Shown here: piece after piece, positions 8,742 through 18,204 of the stretch | Numbering within the stretch: position 1 is the first letter of the stretch | Layout: every line of letters begins with the position of its first letter | DNA from: Anaerolineae bacterium | Lineage (GTDB): Bacteria > Chloroflexota > Anaerolineae > JAAYZQ01 | Assembly: GCA_050116355.1 (NCBI GenBank) | Contig: JASFOV010000001.1 | Coordinates: forward strand, 1-32,254 | Direction: 5' to 3' | DNA: 32,254 nucleotides | Program-made: the position numbers and the translations under genes | The notes under the pieces: generated by a model | The model's input: only the letters and a program-made list of their open reading frames with translations | The model's database searches: none | What the model was told of the DNA's origin: nothing

Positions 8742-9530
8742 ATGACCCATACTGAAAAACAAAACGTCATTTCCATCATCATACCTTGTTACAACGAAGA
8801 GCGGAATCTGGAGATAGGCGTGCTCGATGAGGTGTACCAATTCCTCAGCAGCCAAGCTTTTCCCTGGGAAATCGTTATCGTCAATGATGAATCCACCGAC
8901 AACAGCAAAGCCCTAATCCAACAGTTCCTCCAGGGCAAGGACAACGTCTCCCTCTTTGACATTCCCCATGGCGGCAAGCCTGCCGCCGTCTGGGCCGGCA
9001 TCCAGCATGCCCGGGGCGAGGTCGTACTGTTCACCGATATGGACCAATCGACGTCCATCCACGAGTTGGACAAACTGCTGCCCTGGTACCACCAAGGCTA
9101 CGACGTCGTGATTGGTTCGCGCCAGACCGTACGCCAGGGCACCTCGATCCTGAGAAAGCTGGGCAGCATAGTGTTTCTCACCCTCCGCCGCCTGGTTCTG
9201 CTACCGGACATTGCCGACACCCAATGCGGCTTCAAGTTGTGCCGCCGCCAAGTCGCCCTGGAGACCTTTCCCCATCTCGAATTCCTTCGCCAAGCGGACA
9301 AGCCCACCGGTTGGAAAGTCACCGCCTTTGATGTCGAATTCCTGTTCCTTGTCGATCGAGCGGGCTACCGCATCAAAGAAGTGTTGGTCAGCTGGAAGAA
9401 CCGCGATCAGAGCAACACCAAGAGCCAACAAGGCGACCTGGCTCGCTACCTGAGCGAGTCGATCAATATGGCGCGCGAGGTCACGCGCGTCAAGTTGAAT
9501 CAGATGCGGGGGTTCTACGACCAAGCCTAA
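8742..9530 (+). CDS. Family 2 glycosyltransferase (polyprenyl-phosphate glycosyltransferase-like)
   Basis: ISIIIPCYNEERNL, VIVNDESTDNS and the DxD-type FTDMDQS match a GT-A fold of the Dpm1/Alg5 type. Confidence 0.8.
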   Translation: MTHTEKQNVISIIIPCYNEERNLEIGVLDEVYQFLSSQAFPWEIVIVNDESTDNSKALIQQFLQGKDNVSLFDIPHGGKPAAVWAGIQHARGEVVLFTDMDQSTSIHELDKLLPWYHQGYDVVIGSRQTVRQGTSILRKLGSIVFLTLRRLVLLPDIADTQCGFKLCRRQVALETFPHLEFLRQADKPTGWKVTAFDVEFLFLVDRAGYRIKEVLVSWKNRDQSNTKSQQGDLARYLSESINMAREVTRVKLNQMRGFYDQA

Positions 9531-9550
9531 CAAAGCTCTCCCTCCAGTTC

Positions 9551-9579
9551 TTGTCCTTTCTTCTGTTTTGCGGTATTAT
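9551..9579 (+). promoter_or_regulatory. sigma70-type promoter for the GH3 gene (near-leaderless)
   Basis: TTGTCC (9551-9556), 17-nt spacer, TATTAT (9574-9579). The ATG at 9589 lies only 10 nt past the -10. Confidence 0.45.
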
Positions 9580-9588
9580 ATATCTGTT

Positions 9589-12369
9589 ATGGGCAACCGG
9601 CTCGGATCCGCGCGTGTCGACCATGAGCCTCCTCGCCGGGCGAGACACCTTTTCGCCCGGTGCCTCGTTGTCTTGTTGGCGTTGGCCTTATTGCTCTCTC
9701 CACAGCCAGTCCTTCATGCACAGGATTCTGACACAGAGCTGGATGCTCGCGTCCAGACCCTCCTCTCCACCATGACCGTCGAAGAGCGGGTCGGCCAGCT
9801 TTTTCTGGTGGCCTTTGCAGGCAATGATCTAACGCCCGGATCAGAGATCGCCCAACTGATCCGCCAGGACCACATCGGTGGCATTGTCCTGCTAGCCAGC
9901 AACGCCAATTTCTACAATCGCGCCGACGCCCCGCGCCAAGTGGCCGATCTGACCAATAACCTACAAACCCTGGCCATGACGGGGGACGGCGCCCGGATCC
10001 CCCTCTTTGTCGCCGTAGATCACGAGGGCGATGGCTACCCCTTCACCCAGATCACGGGGGGTACCACTCCTCTGCCCAATGCCATGGCCATGGGGGCCAC
10101 TTGGGATCCCGACAATGCCCGGGCTGTGGGCCAGGTTACCGGCCTCGAACTGGCAGCCATGGGCATCAACCTCCTACTGGGACCCAGCCTGGACGTGCTG
10201 CACACACCCCGGCCCAGCGGCCAAGCAGACATCGGTACCCGGTCCTTTGGCGGAGACCCATGGTGGGTCAGCCAGATGGGACGAGCATACATCCAGGGGG
10301 TACACCAGGGCAGCGGTGGCCGCGTCGCAACCGTAGCCAAGCATTTCCCGGGTCACGGCGGTTCGGACCGCCCCCCCGATCAAGAAGTTGTCACCATCGA
10401 CAAGTCGATCGATCAGCTCCGCCAGCTTGAGCTGGCTCCCTTCATGGCCATCACCGGCGACACCAGCAACGATGGCGTGACCGACGCGCTCATGTCCGCC
10501 CCGATCCGCTACCAGAGCCAGCAGGGCGATACTCAGCCATTCACCGGCCCGCTGGCCTTTGACCCCGGGGCCATGGATGCCCTGCTCAGCCTGGAGGAAT
10601 TTGTCGACTGGCGCCGCACCGGTCTCATGGTGTCCACCAGTTTGGGCCTGCCGGCCGTCCACAAGTATTTCGACCCAACCCTGAGCACCTTTCCCCACCG
10701 GCGCATGGCCAAAGAAGCCTTCCTGGCCGGCAATGACCTCTTGCTGCTATCCCGGTTCGACCTAGAGGGCGATTGGGCAACCCAATTCGCAAACATCCGT
10801 GATACTATCTCCTTCTTCCGTACCGAATACGAGAGCAACCCCGCCTTTGCCACTCAGGTCGATGAATCAGTCGCCCGCATCCTCTGGCGCAAACTCAAGC
10901 TCTATCCCGAGCCAAATCTGGAAGCGGTTCAGGTCCATGCTGGAGCTGCCCTCCAGGTCTGCGGCTTGGGTATTGAGGTCACCCAGCGCGTGGCCAATCA
11001 AGCACTGACCCTGTTGTATCCCGACCCAAGCGCCATACCTGTCCCGCCCGACCAGGGCGAAGAGCTCCTGATCTTTACCGATGCCCGGCCAGTTCGCGAC
11101 TGCGCCGCCGAATCGTGCCCGCCCTTTCCCTTGCTGAGCCATACCGCTGTGGAGGAGGCCATCCTGCGCATCTACGGCCCACAAGGTACAGGCCAAATTG
11201 ACCCGGCCGATATCACCAGCTTGCCCTTCGGCCAATTGCAGAAATATCTGACCGGCGAAGAGGTCGACTACGATGTGGGCGCCCTTCTCGACCAAGCTGA
11301 TTGGATCCTATTCGCCCAGCAGGACATCAACCTCGATCAGGCCACCAACTCGGACACGGTCAAACGCTACCTCAACCACAGCTTGACCGCGGCCTCGCGC
11401 CAGCAGTCCCAGATCATCGTCATCGCCTTCAATGCCCCCTACTACTTGGATACCACCGACATCAGTAAACTGAGCCTCTACTTGGGTGCCTACAGCAAAT
11501 CCATTCCATTTATCGAAGCCAGTGTGCGGGCGCTCTTTGCCGAGCTGGCGCCAGGCGGCGCAGCCCCCGTGGATGTACAGGGCATCAACTACGATCTACA
11601 ACGTCAATTGGCGCCCGATCCCGACCAGCTCCTTCCCTTGGCCCTCATCGAGCCCTCAAGCGGGATGGCTCCCTTGCCGCCGGTGACCGCGCGCCTGCAG
11701 GCCGGCCCCATCCTCGATCGCAACGGTCACATCGTTCCCGATGGAGTCGAGGTTACGTTCTATGCCGAATACGAGTCCGGCGCGTACGCTCCCCCGCATC
11801 TGGGTCTCACGGCCAATGGGCAGGCCGGGGCGGCCATCACCCTGACAGACCCTGGGCAGATTCGCTTCCGGGCGGAAAGCGAAGGGGCGCGGCGCTCACA
11901 GGAGCCGGTGCTCACCATACAACCGCAACCGACCACAACCCTCACACCTACCCCCACGCCAACCACCGGGCCCACCGCCACGCCCACCCGCACCCCGGAG
12001 CCTACCGCAGCGCCGCCTGCCACGCCCATCCCCGGTCCGTCACCCGCGACCCCCATGACTACGCGCCCCGTCGATGGCGGCGATCTTCTACTCGCAGCGG
12101 GCGCCACACTGTTGGTCGCCGTGGGCGGATTGTTCGTTTTGCGCCGGCAGCGCCGGCAGCGCAGTGCGGCATTGCGCTGGATCCTGGCAGCCATCACTGG
12201 TGGCATGTTCGCTTACATCCTCTTTGCGCTGGCCGTGATCCGCCCCGAGACGTGGGGAGGTCTACCCAGTGGAGCCTGGATTTCCCGGCTCATGGTCACG
12301 GCCCTCGCCGTCGTGGGAGCCATGCTCCCATTGGCCATCTTGATCCGGAAATCGGGCAGGCAAAGGTAG
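9589..12369 (+). CDS. Membrane-anchored glycoside hydrolase family 3 protein (NagZ / beta-hexosaminidase-like N-domain)
   Basis: GH3 patterns RVGQLFLV, VAVDHEGDGYPF, GINLLLGPSLDV and KHFPGHGGSD are present. There is an N-terminal signal/anchor, a Pro/Thr-rich linker (TPTPTPTTGPTATPTRTPEPT...) and three C-terminal TM helices. ATG 9589 is preferred over the track's TTG at 9568, which sits inside the promoter. Confidence 0.8.
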   Translation: MGNRLGSARVDHEPPRRARHLFARCLVVLLALALLLSPQPVLHAQDSDTELDARVQTLLSTMTVEERVGQLFLVAFAGNDLTPGSEIAQLIRQDHIGGIVLLASNANFYNRADAPRQVADLTNNLQTLAMTGDGARIPLFVAVDHEGDGYPFTQITGGTTPLPNAMAMGATWDPDNARAVGQVTGLELAAMGINLLLGPSLDVLHTPRPSGQADIGTRSFGGDPWWVSQMGRAYIQGVHQGSGGRVATVAKHFPGHGGSDRPPDQEVVTIDKSIDQLRQLELAPFMAITGDTSNDGVTDALMSAPIRYQSQQGDTQPFTGPLAFDPGAMDALLSLEEFVDWRRTGLMVSTSLGLPAVHKYFDPTLSTFPHRRMAKEAFLAGNDLLLLSRFDLEGDWATQFANIRDTISFFRTEYESNPAFATQVDESVARILWRKLKLYPEPNLEAVQVHAGAALQVCGLGIEVTQRVANQALTLLYPDPSAIPVPPDQGEELLIFTDARPVRDCAAESCPPFPLLSHTAVEEAILRIYGPQGTGQIDPADITSLPFGQLQKYLTGEEVDYDVGALLDQADWILFAQQDINLDQATNSDTVKRYLNHSLTAASRQQSQIIVIAFNAPYYLDTTDISKLSLYLGAYSKSIPFIEASVRALFAELAPGGAAPVDVQGINYDLQRQLAPDPDQLLPLALIEPSSGMAPLPPVTARLQAGPILDRNGHIVPDGVEVTFYAEYESGAYAPPHLGLTANGQAGAAITLTDPGQIRFRAESEGARRSQEPVLTIQPQPTTTLTPTPTPTTGPTATPTRTPEPTAAPPATPIPGPSPATPMTTRPVDGGDLLLAAGATLLVAVGGLFVLRRQRRQRSAALRWILAAITGGMFAYILFALAVIRPETWGGLPSGAWISRLMVTALAVVGAMLPLAILIRKSGRQR

Positions 12370-12373
12370 ACAC

Positions 12374-13591
12374 ATGTCGGCGGATCGCTCGCTCCTCATC
12401 AAAGGCATTGCTGCAGCGAAGGCAGGGTACAAGCACACTGCCCGCGAGCTTCTGACACGGGTTGTGCGGCACAACCCCCGGTCGGAGGAAGGATGGCTCT
12501 GGCTGAGCGCTGTGCTCGAAACACCCCAGGGGCGGGCCTATTGCCTGCGCCAAGTGCTGACGCTCAACCCAACCAACCGGCCCGCCGAGTTGGGCCTTGC
12601 CGCATTGGGCGAAGCGCAGCCCGCCCCCAGCATCATCGCCGGACCCGCGCCTGTCACCGCCGAGCAACAAACTCTGCCGTCGCTCGCGGTTCCCACCACG
12701 CCACCACGCACGCCCCAGCTTGTGCTCCGCCAACCAACCATCCCCTCCCGCGCACTGCGACCCATGATCCGCCAGCCAGCCGTACCCTTGCTCCACAGGC
12801 CGCGCTTCTGGCAGATCGTTGTCGCTTGCCTAGCCGTTGTCGCCTTTACGTTGATCGCTCTCTTGGCCTACGCCTCCCTCAACGTATCTGGTGGCGCCGG
12901 TCAGGTCGAGATGCTGGCCAGCATGAGCAGCTCAACCGTCGGGCCGGCGGGCACCTTGCGCCCGACCTTTACCGCTACGGCCCTTCCCACCTCAACCTCC
13001 ACACCAACGCCGACATCGACATCCACGCCGACATCCACGCCGACCTTCACCCCCGTCCCGACCGACACGCCAATCCCCACGGCTACCTCCCTGCCCACGC
13101 TCACGCCTACCCCCCGTCCTGCACGTCACCAAGCGGCAGCAACCCCCACCGCACCCCCCCAACCCCGCTCGCCGCTTCCCGCCCTGCAGTGGGACGGCCG
13201 CCTAAACCTGCTGGGGGTCCGCGTCGAACGAGCGGCTGTCGCCCCTGGACAGTCGCACTGGCGTCTGGTGGAGGCCCGCTGGTCGAATGAAAAAGAGTCC
13301 GGCGGCAAACACAGCATTTATGTCGAAGTCCGTGACCAGAACGGCAACCGGGTGGTCGGCCAGCCGGTGGTCGTCCGCTGGGCCGGTGGCAGCCTGAACC
13401 TGCCCATCGAAGATCGCCCGCCCCCGGATTGGGGTGTCAACTTTCCTATGTACAACACGCTGGGCTCCTATTCCGTCAGCATCGGCGGCAGTCCCAGCGA
13501 CCGGATCGTGGGCATGGGACTGGGAACCGCCGATGCCCCTGCTTTTACCATCCACACCTGCTTCTACCTAGTCTTTCGCTGGGTCCCCTGA
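12374..13591 (+). CDS. Hypothetical membrane protein: N-terminal TPR-like pair, one TM, Pro/Thr/Ser linker, C-terminal extracytoplasmic domain of unknown function
   Basis: The gene starts 4 nt after the GH3 stop. The TPR-like stretch reads AKAGYKHTARELLTRVVRHNPRSEEGWLWLSAVL. The TM segment is FWQIVVACLAVVAFTLIALLAYA. The linker reads TSTSTPTPTSTSTPTSTPTFTPVPT. I do not recognise the ~130-aa C-terminal domain. Confidence 0.6.
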   Translation: MSADRSLLIKGIAAAKAGYKHTARELLTRVVRHNPRSEEGWLWLSAVLETPQGRAYCLRQVLTLNPTNRPAELGLAALGEAQPAPSIIAGPAPVTAEQQTLPSLAVPTTPPRTPQLVLRQPTIPSRALRPMIRQPAVPLLHRPRFWQIVVACLAVVAFTLIALLAYASLNVSGGAGQVEMLASMSSSTVGPAGTLRPTFTATALPTSTSTPTPTSTSTPTSTPTFTPVPTDTPIPTATSLPTLTPTPRPARHQAAATPTAPPQPRSPLPALQWDGRLNLLGVRVERAAVAPGQSHWRLVEARWSNEKESGGKHSIYVEVRDQNGNRVVGQPVVVRWAGGSLNLPIEDRPPPDWGVNFPMYNTLGSYSVSIGGSPSDRIVGMGLGTADAPAFTIHTCFYLVFRWVP

Positions 13592-13616
13592 CGCGCCCCT
13601 CGTTCCCCCAAGACCT

Positions 13617-13645
13617 TTGACAAAGGTCGGGCCCGGTGCTACAAT
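13617..13645 (+). promoter_or_regulatory. sigma70-type promoter for the Clp-family ATPase gene
   Basis: TTGACA (13617-13622), 17-nt spacer, TACAAT (13640-13645), with an extended -10 TGc. Confidence 0.7.
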
Positions 13646-13726
13646 TCAAACCGCAAGGCTGTAGAAGCCGTATCCAGCGGTGCGTCCAGCCCAAACCGTG
13701 ATCGAGCTCCTTGGGGAGAACCTGCT

Positions 13727-15937
13727 ATGGGAACCTTGAACCCAGACATCCCATCCGACGAACTCACCCGCGCGCTCAACAGCGCCGCCGCTATCATGCG
13801 CGGCCTGCGTCAGCCGGTAATGATGCCCGAACACCTGCTTTTAACCTTCCTAGACGACACATCCTATGCAGCCCACAAGGTACTGGCTCGCTTTGCCTCC
13901 GAACGGGGGTTTGACCTGACCAAGCTAACCCGGACGGTCGAGGATCAGGTCCGGGGCCGGCGCGCTGCTGACGTCGATTTTAACTTTCTGGACCAAGCCG
14001 GCCGACCCGTGCCGCTGGGCAACGAGATGCTCGTTGTCCTCGACGAGGGGCGGGCCATCGCCCGCGCCCGCGACGAAATCTGGGTGGGTACCGAGGATGC
14101 GCTAGCGGCAATGTGCCAGTCGGGCGTTTCTACCGCCGGACTCCTCCAACAACAGGGGATCACGCCCAGCGCCCTCAGCGCCCTGCTGGCCGATTCGGCC
14201 CTGAGCCGGCAGACGACCGCCCGCGACCTGGTGGCCCTGGCCCGCGATGGACAGCTGCAGCCGGTCTACTTCCGCCAGGATCTGCTCCGCGATCTCTTCA
14301 GCCTGCTGAGCTTGGCCCACGATCGCAACGTGATTCTGGTCGGCCCGCCCGGCGTGGGCAAACGCTCTGTGCTCCTGGGCCTGGCGTTGCTCATCGCCGA
14401 GGGGCAGGGACCGCAAGACATCAACGTCGTCGTCGAAGTCACCGAGCCAGCCCTCCTGGCCGATGCCGGCCGGGCTGTGCAGGCGGGGCGGCGCAAAGCA
14501 ACCAATGGCGTCCTCTTTCTGCCCCAGATCCATCGTTTCTTTGGCGGCGCGCTCCACGCCGAGTTCCCCCAAGCTCAAGCCAGCGTGCAGCGCGCCTTCC
14601 TCGACAGCCAGATTGGTAGCCTCGTCGGAACCACCACCCAGTCCGACTATGAGGCGCGCTTGGCCTCAACGACCACCGTCCGCGAGCACAGCCACGTGCT
14701 CACCATCCCCGAGCCCACGCATGAGGAAACCGTCAACATCTTGCGCGTCCACAAGCCTCACATCGAAGCTGACTATGACCTGTCCATCACTGAAGAAGCC
14801 CTGGACGTGGCCACCACGTTGGCCCACCGCTATCTAGCCCAACCGGTCTTGCCCGCAAGCGCCCTCCAGCTCCTGCACCGGGCCTGCGCTCTGCTGCACA
14901 TGGGCAGCCGTCCCGCCTTTGGCTTGGCGCCCAAGCCCGACGCGACCTTGGACACTGAGGACGTAACGCTGGCCGCCAGCCTGATGACTGGCATCCCAGT
15001 CGCCAAGCTGGGCGATCGCGAGCGGAACCGCTACGCCCACATGGTCGAGCACCTCCACCGACGTATCATCGGACAGGATGAGGCGGTCCTCGCCGTCAGC
15101 CGCGCCGTCAAGACGGCGCGCGTCGGGTTGAAAGATCCTCGCCGGCCCATCGGCTCGTTCCTCTTCCTGGGGCCGACCGGTGTGGGCAAGACGGAACTGG
15201 CCAAAGCGTTGGCCGAGTTTCTGTTTGACGACGAAGAGGCGACCGTCACGCTCGACATGAGCGAGTACCAGCAGGAGCACACTGTGAACCGCCTCATCGG
15301 CGCCCCACCGGGCTATGTGGGCTATGAGAGCGGCGGCCAATTGACCGATGCCGTTCGCAACAAACCCTACACGGTGGTCCTCCTGGACGAAGTGGAAAAG
15401 GCCCATCCCCGCATACTGGACATCCTCCTGCAGGTCATGGAGGAAGGGCGACTGACCGATGGCCAGGGTCGCACCACGAGCTTTGGCGAAACGGTCATCA
15501 TCATGACCAGCAACCTCGGGTCTGAGTACTTGGACGAGCCGGTGCTCAGCGACCACGCCCGGGACCGGGTCATGCGCTTGGTCAAATCCACCTTTCGCCC
15601 CGAGTTCTTGAATCGCCTGGACGAAATCATCCTGTTCCACCCTCTCTCTCAGGAGCAATTGCGCCAGATCCTTGGCCTGATGCTCGACAAGGAAGTCGGG
15701 CTCCTGGCTGCGCGAGGCATCGGCCTCGAGGTAGATGAAGGTGCGCGCAGCTGGATGCTGGCTCAGAACGACCATCCTGAATGGGGCGCCCGGCCCTTGC
15801 GCCGCATCATCCGCCGCCATCTGCGCGAACCCTTGGCCGACTATCTCCTGACCGCGGAACCAGACCCTGGCATCACTATCCGCGTCAAAGCCAACGAGGA
15901 GGGCCTGACCTTCGTCCAAACACCGGAAAGCGCGTGA
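13727..15937 (+). CDS. ClpA/ClpB/ClpC-family AAA+ protein with Clp_N repeats, a degenerate D1 and a canonical D2
   Basis: Clp_N-like repeats sit at the N-terminus. D1 has GPPGVGKRS and VLFLPQIH where GxxGxGKT and hhhhDE are expected. D2 is canonical: FLFLGPTGVGKTELAKALA, VVLLDEVEKAH and GARPLRR. I see no long M-domain and no obvious IGF/LGF ClpP-docking loop. Confidence 0.8.
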   Translation: MGTLNPDIPSDELTRALNSAAAIMRGLRQPVMMPEHLLLTFLDDTSYAAHKVLARFASERGFDLTKLTRTVEDQVRGRRAADVDFNFLDQAGRPVPLGNEMLVVLDEGRAIARARDEIWVGTEDALAAMCQSGVSTAGLLQQQGITPSALSALLADSALSRQTTARDLVALARDGQLQPVYFRQDLLRDLFSLLSLAHDRNVILVGPPGVGKRSVLLGLALLIAEGQGPQDINVVVEVTEPALLADAGRAVQAGRRKATNGVLFLPQIHRFFGGALHAEFPQAQASVQRAFLDSQIGSLVGTTTQSDYEARLASTTTVREHSHVLTIPEPTHEETVNILRVHKPHIEADYDLSITEEALDVATTLAHRYLAQPVLPASALQLLHRACALLHMGSRPAFGLAPKPDATLDTEDVTLAASLMTGIPVAKLGDRERNRYAHMVEHLHRRIIGQDEAVLAVSRAVKTARVGLKDPRRPIGSFLFLGPTGVGKTELAKALAEFLFDDEEATVTLDMSEYQQEHTVNRLIGAPPGYVGYESGGQLTDAVRNKPYTVVLLDEVEKAHPRILDILLQVMEEGRLTDGQGRTTSFGETVIIMTSNLGSEYLDEPVLSDHARDRVMRLVKSTFRPEFLNRLDEIILFHPLSQEQLRQILGLMLDKEVGLLAARGIGLEVDEGARSWMLAQNDHPEWGARPLRRIIRRHLREPLADYLLTAEPDPGITIRVKANEEGLTFVQTPESA

Positions 15938-16032
15938 CTGAGAGTCCGGTCAGCTACACGCGGTTACTCTCCGGCGTGATGCTTGCTACAGACGTCGTCA
16001 CCAGATGAGCCTACAATTAAACTTGGAGGAGA

Positions 16033-17232
16033 ATGGAACGAACCGACCTTGACGTCATTGTTGCCGGCGCAGGAGCTGGCGGGGCAGCGGCGGCCTACTA
16101 TCTAGCGCAAGCAGGCTTGGACGTGCTGGTCGCGGACAAGGCTTCGCTACCGCGCTACAAAGCATGTGGTGGGGCGATACCCCGTACAGTGTTGGATCGC
16201 TTGTCCTTTGACTTTGAGGCCCTGATCGAAACGGCTCCCGATCGTGCGCGTTTCACCTTTCCCGGCCAACTGGCCGTCGACGTTTCACTGCCCAACCGTC
16301 CGGTAGCAATGGTCATGCGCAGTCGCTTCGACGCCTTTCTGCTGGCCCAAGCCGGCGTCGAGGTGTGGACCCAGGCGCCCGTAACCGCCGTGACCGAGAA
16401 CCGCGACAGTGTAAAGGTCATTGTGCGTGGGCGACAGCTTACCGCCCGTTACCTGGTTGGTGCCGATGGTGCCACGTCGTGCGTTGCGCGCCAACTCGGG
16501 CTCCGCCGCAACCGACAACTGGGCGGCTCCCTCGAAGCCGAGGTGCAGTTGAGCGGCCGTCCCGAACTACGGTCCAAGTTTGGCAACCGAGCCGTGTTTG
16601 CCTTTGGCGTGATCCCCTGGGGCTACGCCTGGAGCTTTCCCAAGAAGGACCATCTATCGGTAGGGATTGGGCGCGTCCGGCCGGGAAAAGTCGACTTGCC
16701 TTCAGCTCTGGGGCGCGAGATGGCCCGTATGGGCATTCCCCTGGACGGGGTAGCGTTCCATGGTCATCCGTTGCCCTGTTACCAAGCCCCACCCTGGCCC
16801 TTCTGGCGCGAGACGGGCTGGCTCCGGCCGGGAAACAGAAATCGCCATCCCCAGGAACCGCTGTCTACCCGGCGCAGCCTACTCGTCGGTGATGCTGCGG
16901 GACTAGTAGACCCACTCATCGGTGAGGGGATTCGCTACGCCATTGCCAGTGCCCGCCTTGCGGCGGAGGCCATTGTTCAGGATGACTTGTCGATCTACGA
17001 ATCAAAAATCTGGAGGGAGATCGGCCACAGCCTGGCCACCGCTGGTCTGACAGCCAACACCTACTATCGTCTGCCACGATTCGGCTTTCGGGTTGGCTTG
17101 CGCAATCCAACCACAGTCCGGCATCTCATCGATGTCATCACCGGGCGAACGAGCTACCAGGGCATTGGCCGGCGCGTGCTCGCAGACACCGTCCGCTGGC
17201 GGCGGGATGGACACACGACGCCCGACACATAG
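16033..17232 (+). CDS. FAD-dependent geranylgeranyl reductase family oxidoreductase
   Basis: The Rossmann motif reads DVIVAGAGAGGAAAAYYLAQAGLDVLVADK. It is followed by YKACGGAIP and, later, LVGDAAGLVDPLIGEGI. The start is preceded by GGAGGAG. Confidence 0.75.
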   Translation: MERTDLDVIVAGAGAGGAAAAYYLAQAGLDVLVADKASLPRYKACGGAIPRTVLDRLSFDFEALIETAPDRARFTFPGQLAVDVSLPNRPVAMVMRSRFDAFLLAQAGVEVWTQAPVTAVTENRDSVKVIVRGRQLTARYLVGADGATSCVARQLGLRRNRQLGGSLEAEVQLSGRPELRSKFGNRAVFAFGVIPWGYAWSFPKKDHLSVGIGRVRPGKVDLPSALGREMARMGIPLDGVAFHGHPLPCYQAPPWPFWRETGWLRPGNRNRHPQEPLSTRRSLLVGDAAGLVDPLIGEGIRYAIASARLAAEAIVQDDLSIYESKIWREIGHSLATAGLTANTYYRLPRFGFRVGLRNPTTVRHLIDVITGRTSYQGIGRRVLADTVRWRRDGHTTPDT

Positions 17233-17260
17233 CCTAAAAACTCTAGAGAACGGAGGAACT

Positions 17261-17620
17261 ATGATCCAAGTACGCGGCTTTCAAGATGTTGAAACCCAGG
17301 CCGAGATTGAGGGAGTGACCATGCGGGTTGTCATCGGACCCGACGACGGTGCGCCGTTCTTCAATATGCGCGTCTTCGAAGTCCAGCCCGGTCACAGCTC
17401 CCCCCATCATAGCCACTGGTGGGAGCATGAAGTCTTTATCCTGTCCGGAGAAGGCGTGGTAAAGACCGAGCAGGGCGACCGCCCTGTCGGCCACGGCACC
17501 ACGGTTTTTGTACCCGGCGGGGAGATGCACCAATTTCAGAACACCGGGGAGGACGTGTTGCGCTTCATCTGCCTGGTACCCCAGGAGTGGCTCCAAGGCG
17601 TCGAGAAGCCACAGGCGTGA
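17261..17620 (+). CDS. Cupin-domain protein
   Basis: Cupin motifs are GHSSPHHSHWWEHEVFILSGEG and VFVPGGEMHQFQN. The start was moved to ATG 17261, preceded by GGAGGA. The longer track ORF from 17093 overlaps the upstream gene. Confidence 0.75.
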   Translation: MIQVRGFQDVETQAEIEGVTMRVVIGPDDGAPFFNMRVFEVQPGHSSPHHSHWWEHEVFILSGEGVVKTEQGDRPVGHGTTVFVPGGEMHQFQNTGEDVLRFICLVPQEWLQGVEKPQA

Positions 17621-18171
17621 GTAAATCCAGAATCGGCCTGCTGACCGGGCCTGTGGGCGTGGGCAAGACCACCATCGCCGGACGCGTCACCGATCTGGCA
17701 CGGCACCAAGGCTTGGTCTGCGGTGGCTTGCTGGCTCCGGCTTTGAAAGACAGGCGGGGCCAAAAGATCGGCATTTGGGGACTGGACCTTCTCACCGACC
17801 AGCGTCGCGTTCTGGCCCGGACGGATCGCGATCTAGCCGGACCAGGCATCGGTCCGTACTCCTTTGATCCGGCGGCCCTGGACTGGGCCCTTGACGCGGT
17901 GGAGAATGCCCTGGACGCCACCCAGCCCGTGTGCCAGCTATTGGTTGTGGACGAAATCGGAAAATTGGAGTTGTGGCATAGCAACGGCTTGGCCCCGGTC
18001 CTGTCCCGGCTGGCCGCTGGCCAAGCATCTCATGCCCTGGTCCTGGTCCGCGAGTCGCTCCTCGCCGAGCTGCAGGCCAAGCTAGCCGGTGTTGAAATGA
18101 TCGTATTTCCCACAAGTCTAGAAACCCGGGGCGATCTTGCGCCCCAGGTACTGAAAGAACTCTTTAGGTAA
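17617..18171 (+). CDS. THEP1-type nucleoside-triphosphatase (P-loop NTPase)
   Basis: Walker A is LLTGPVGVGKTT and Walker B is LLVVDEIGKLEL. The intervening RGQKIGIWGLDL matches the NTPase_1 pattern as I recall it. GTG 17617 overlaps the cupin stop codon (GTGA). Confidence 0.6.
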   Translation: MSKSRIGLLTGPVGVGKTTIAGRVTDLARHQGLVCGGLLAPALKDRRGQKIGIWGLDLLTDQRRVLARTDRDLAGPGIGPYSFDPAALDWALDAVENALDATQPVCQLLVVDEIGKLELWHSNGLAPVLSRLAAGQASHALVLVRESLLAELQAKLAGVEMIVFPTSLETRGDLAPQVLKELFR

Positions 18172-18204
18172 CAATCACCACTATCAAAATGTTAGGAGGA
18201 TAAA

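Noticed and set aside
14834-15919. A 361-aa ORF antisense to the Clp ATPase gene. Similar long shadow ORFs include 12493-13290 (+), 20568-21413 (+), 21452-22066 (+), 10174-10698 (-), 3237-3746 (-), 7587-8213 (+) and 25460-25966 (-).
   Set aside because: They overlap genes that carry clear family motifs. Their translations are Arg/Pro/Gly/Ala-rich low-complexity sequence, typical of off-frame reading in GC-rich DNA. They also lack plausible Shine-Dalgarno or promoter context.
15983-16017. Promoter upstream of the geranylgeranyl reductase gene (TTGCTA ... TACAAT).
   Set aside because: The spacing between the hexamers is 23 nt, and no acceptable -35 lies at 16-18 nt. TACAAT alone is insufficient.
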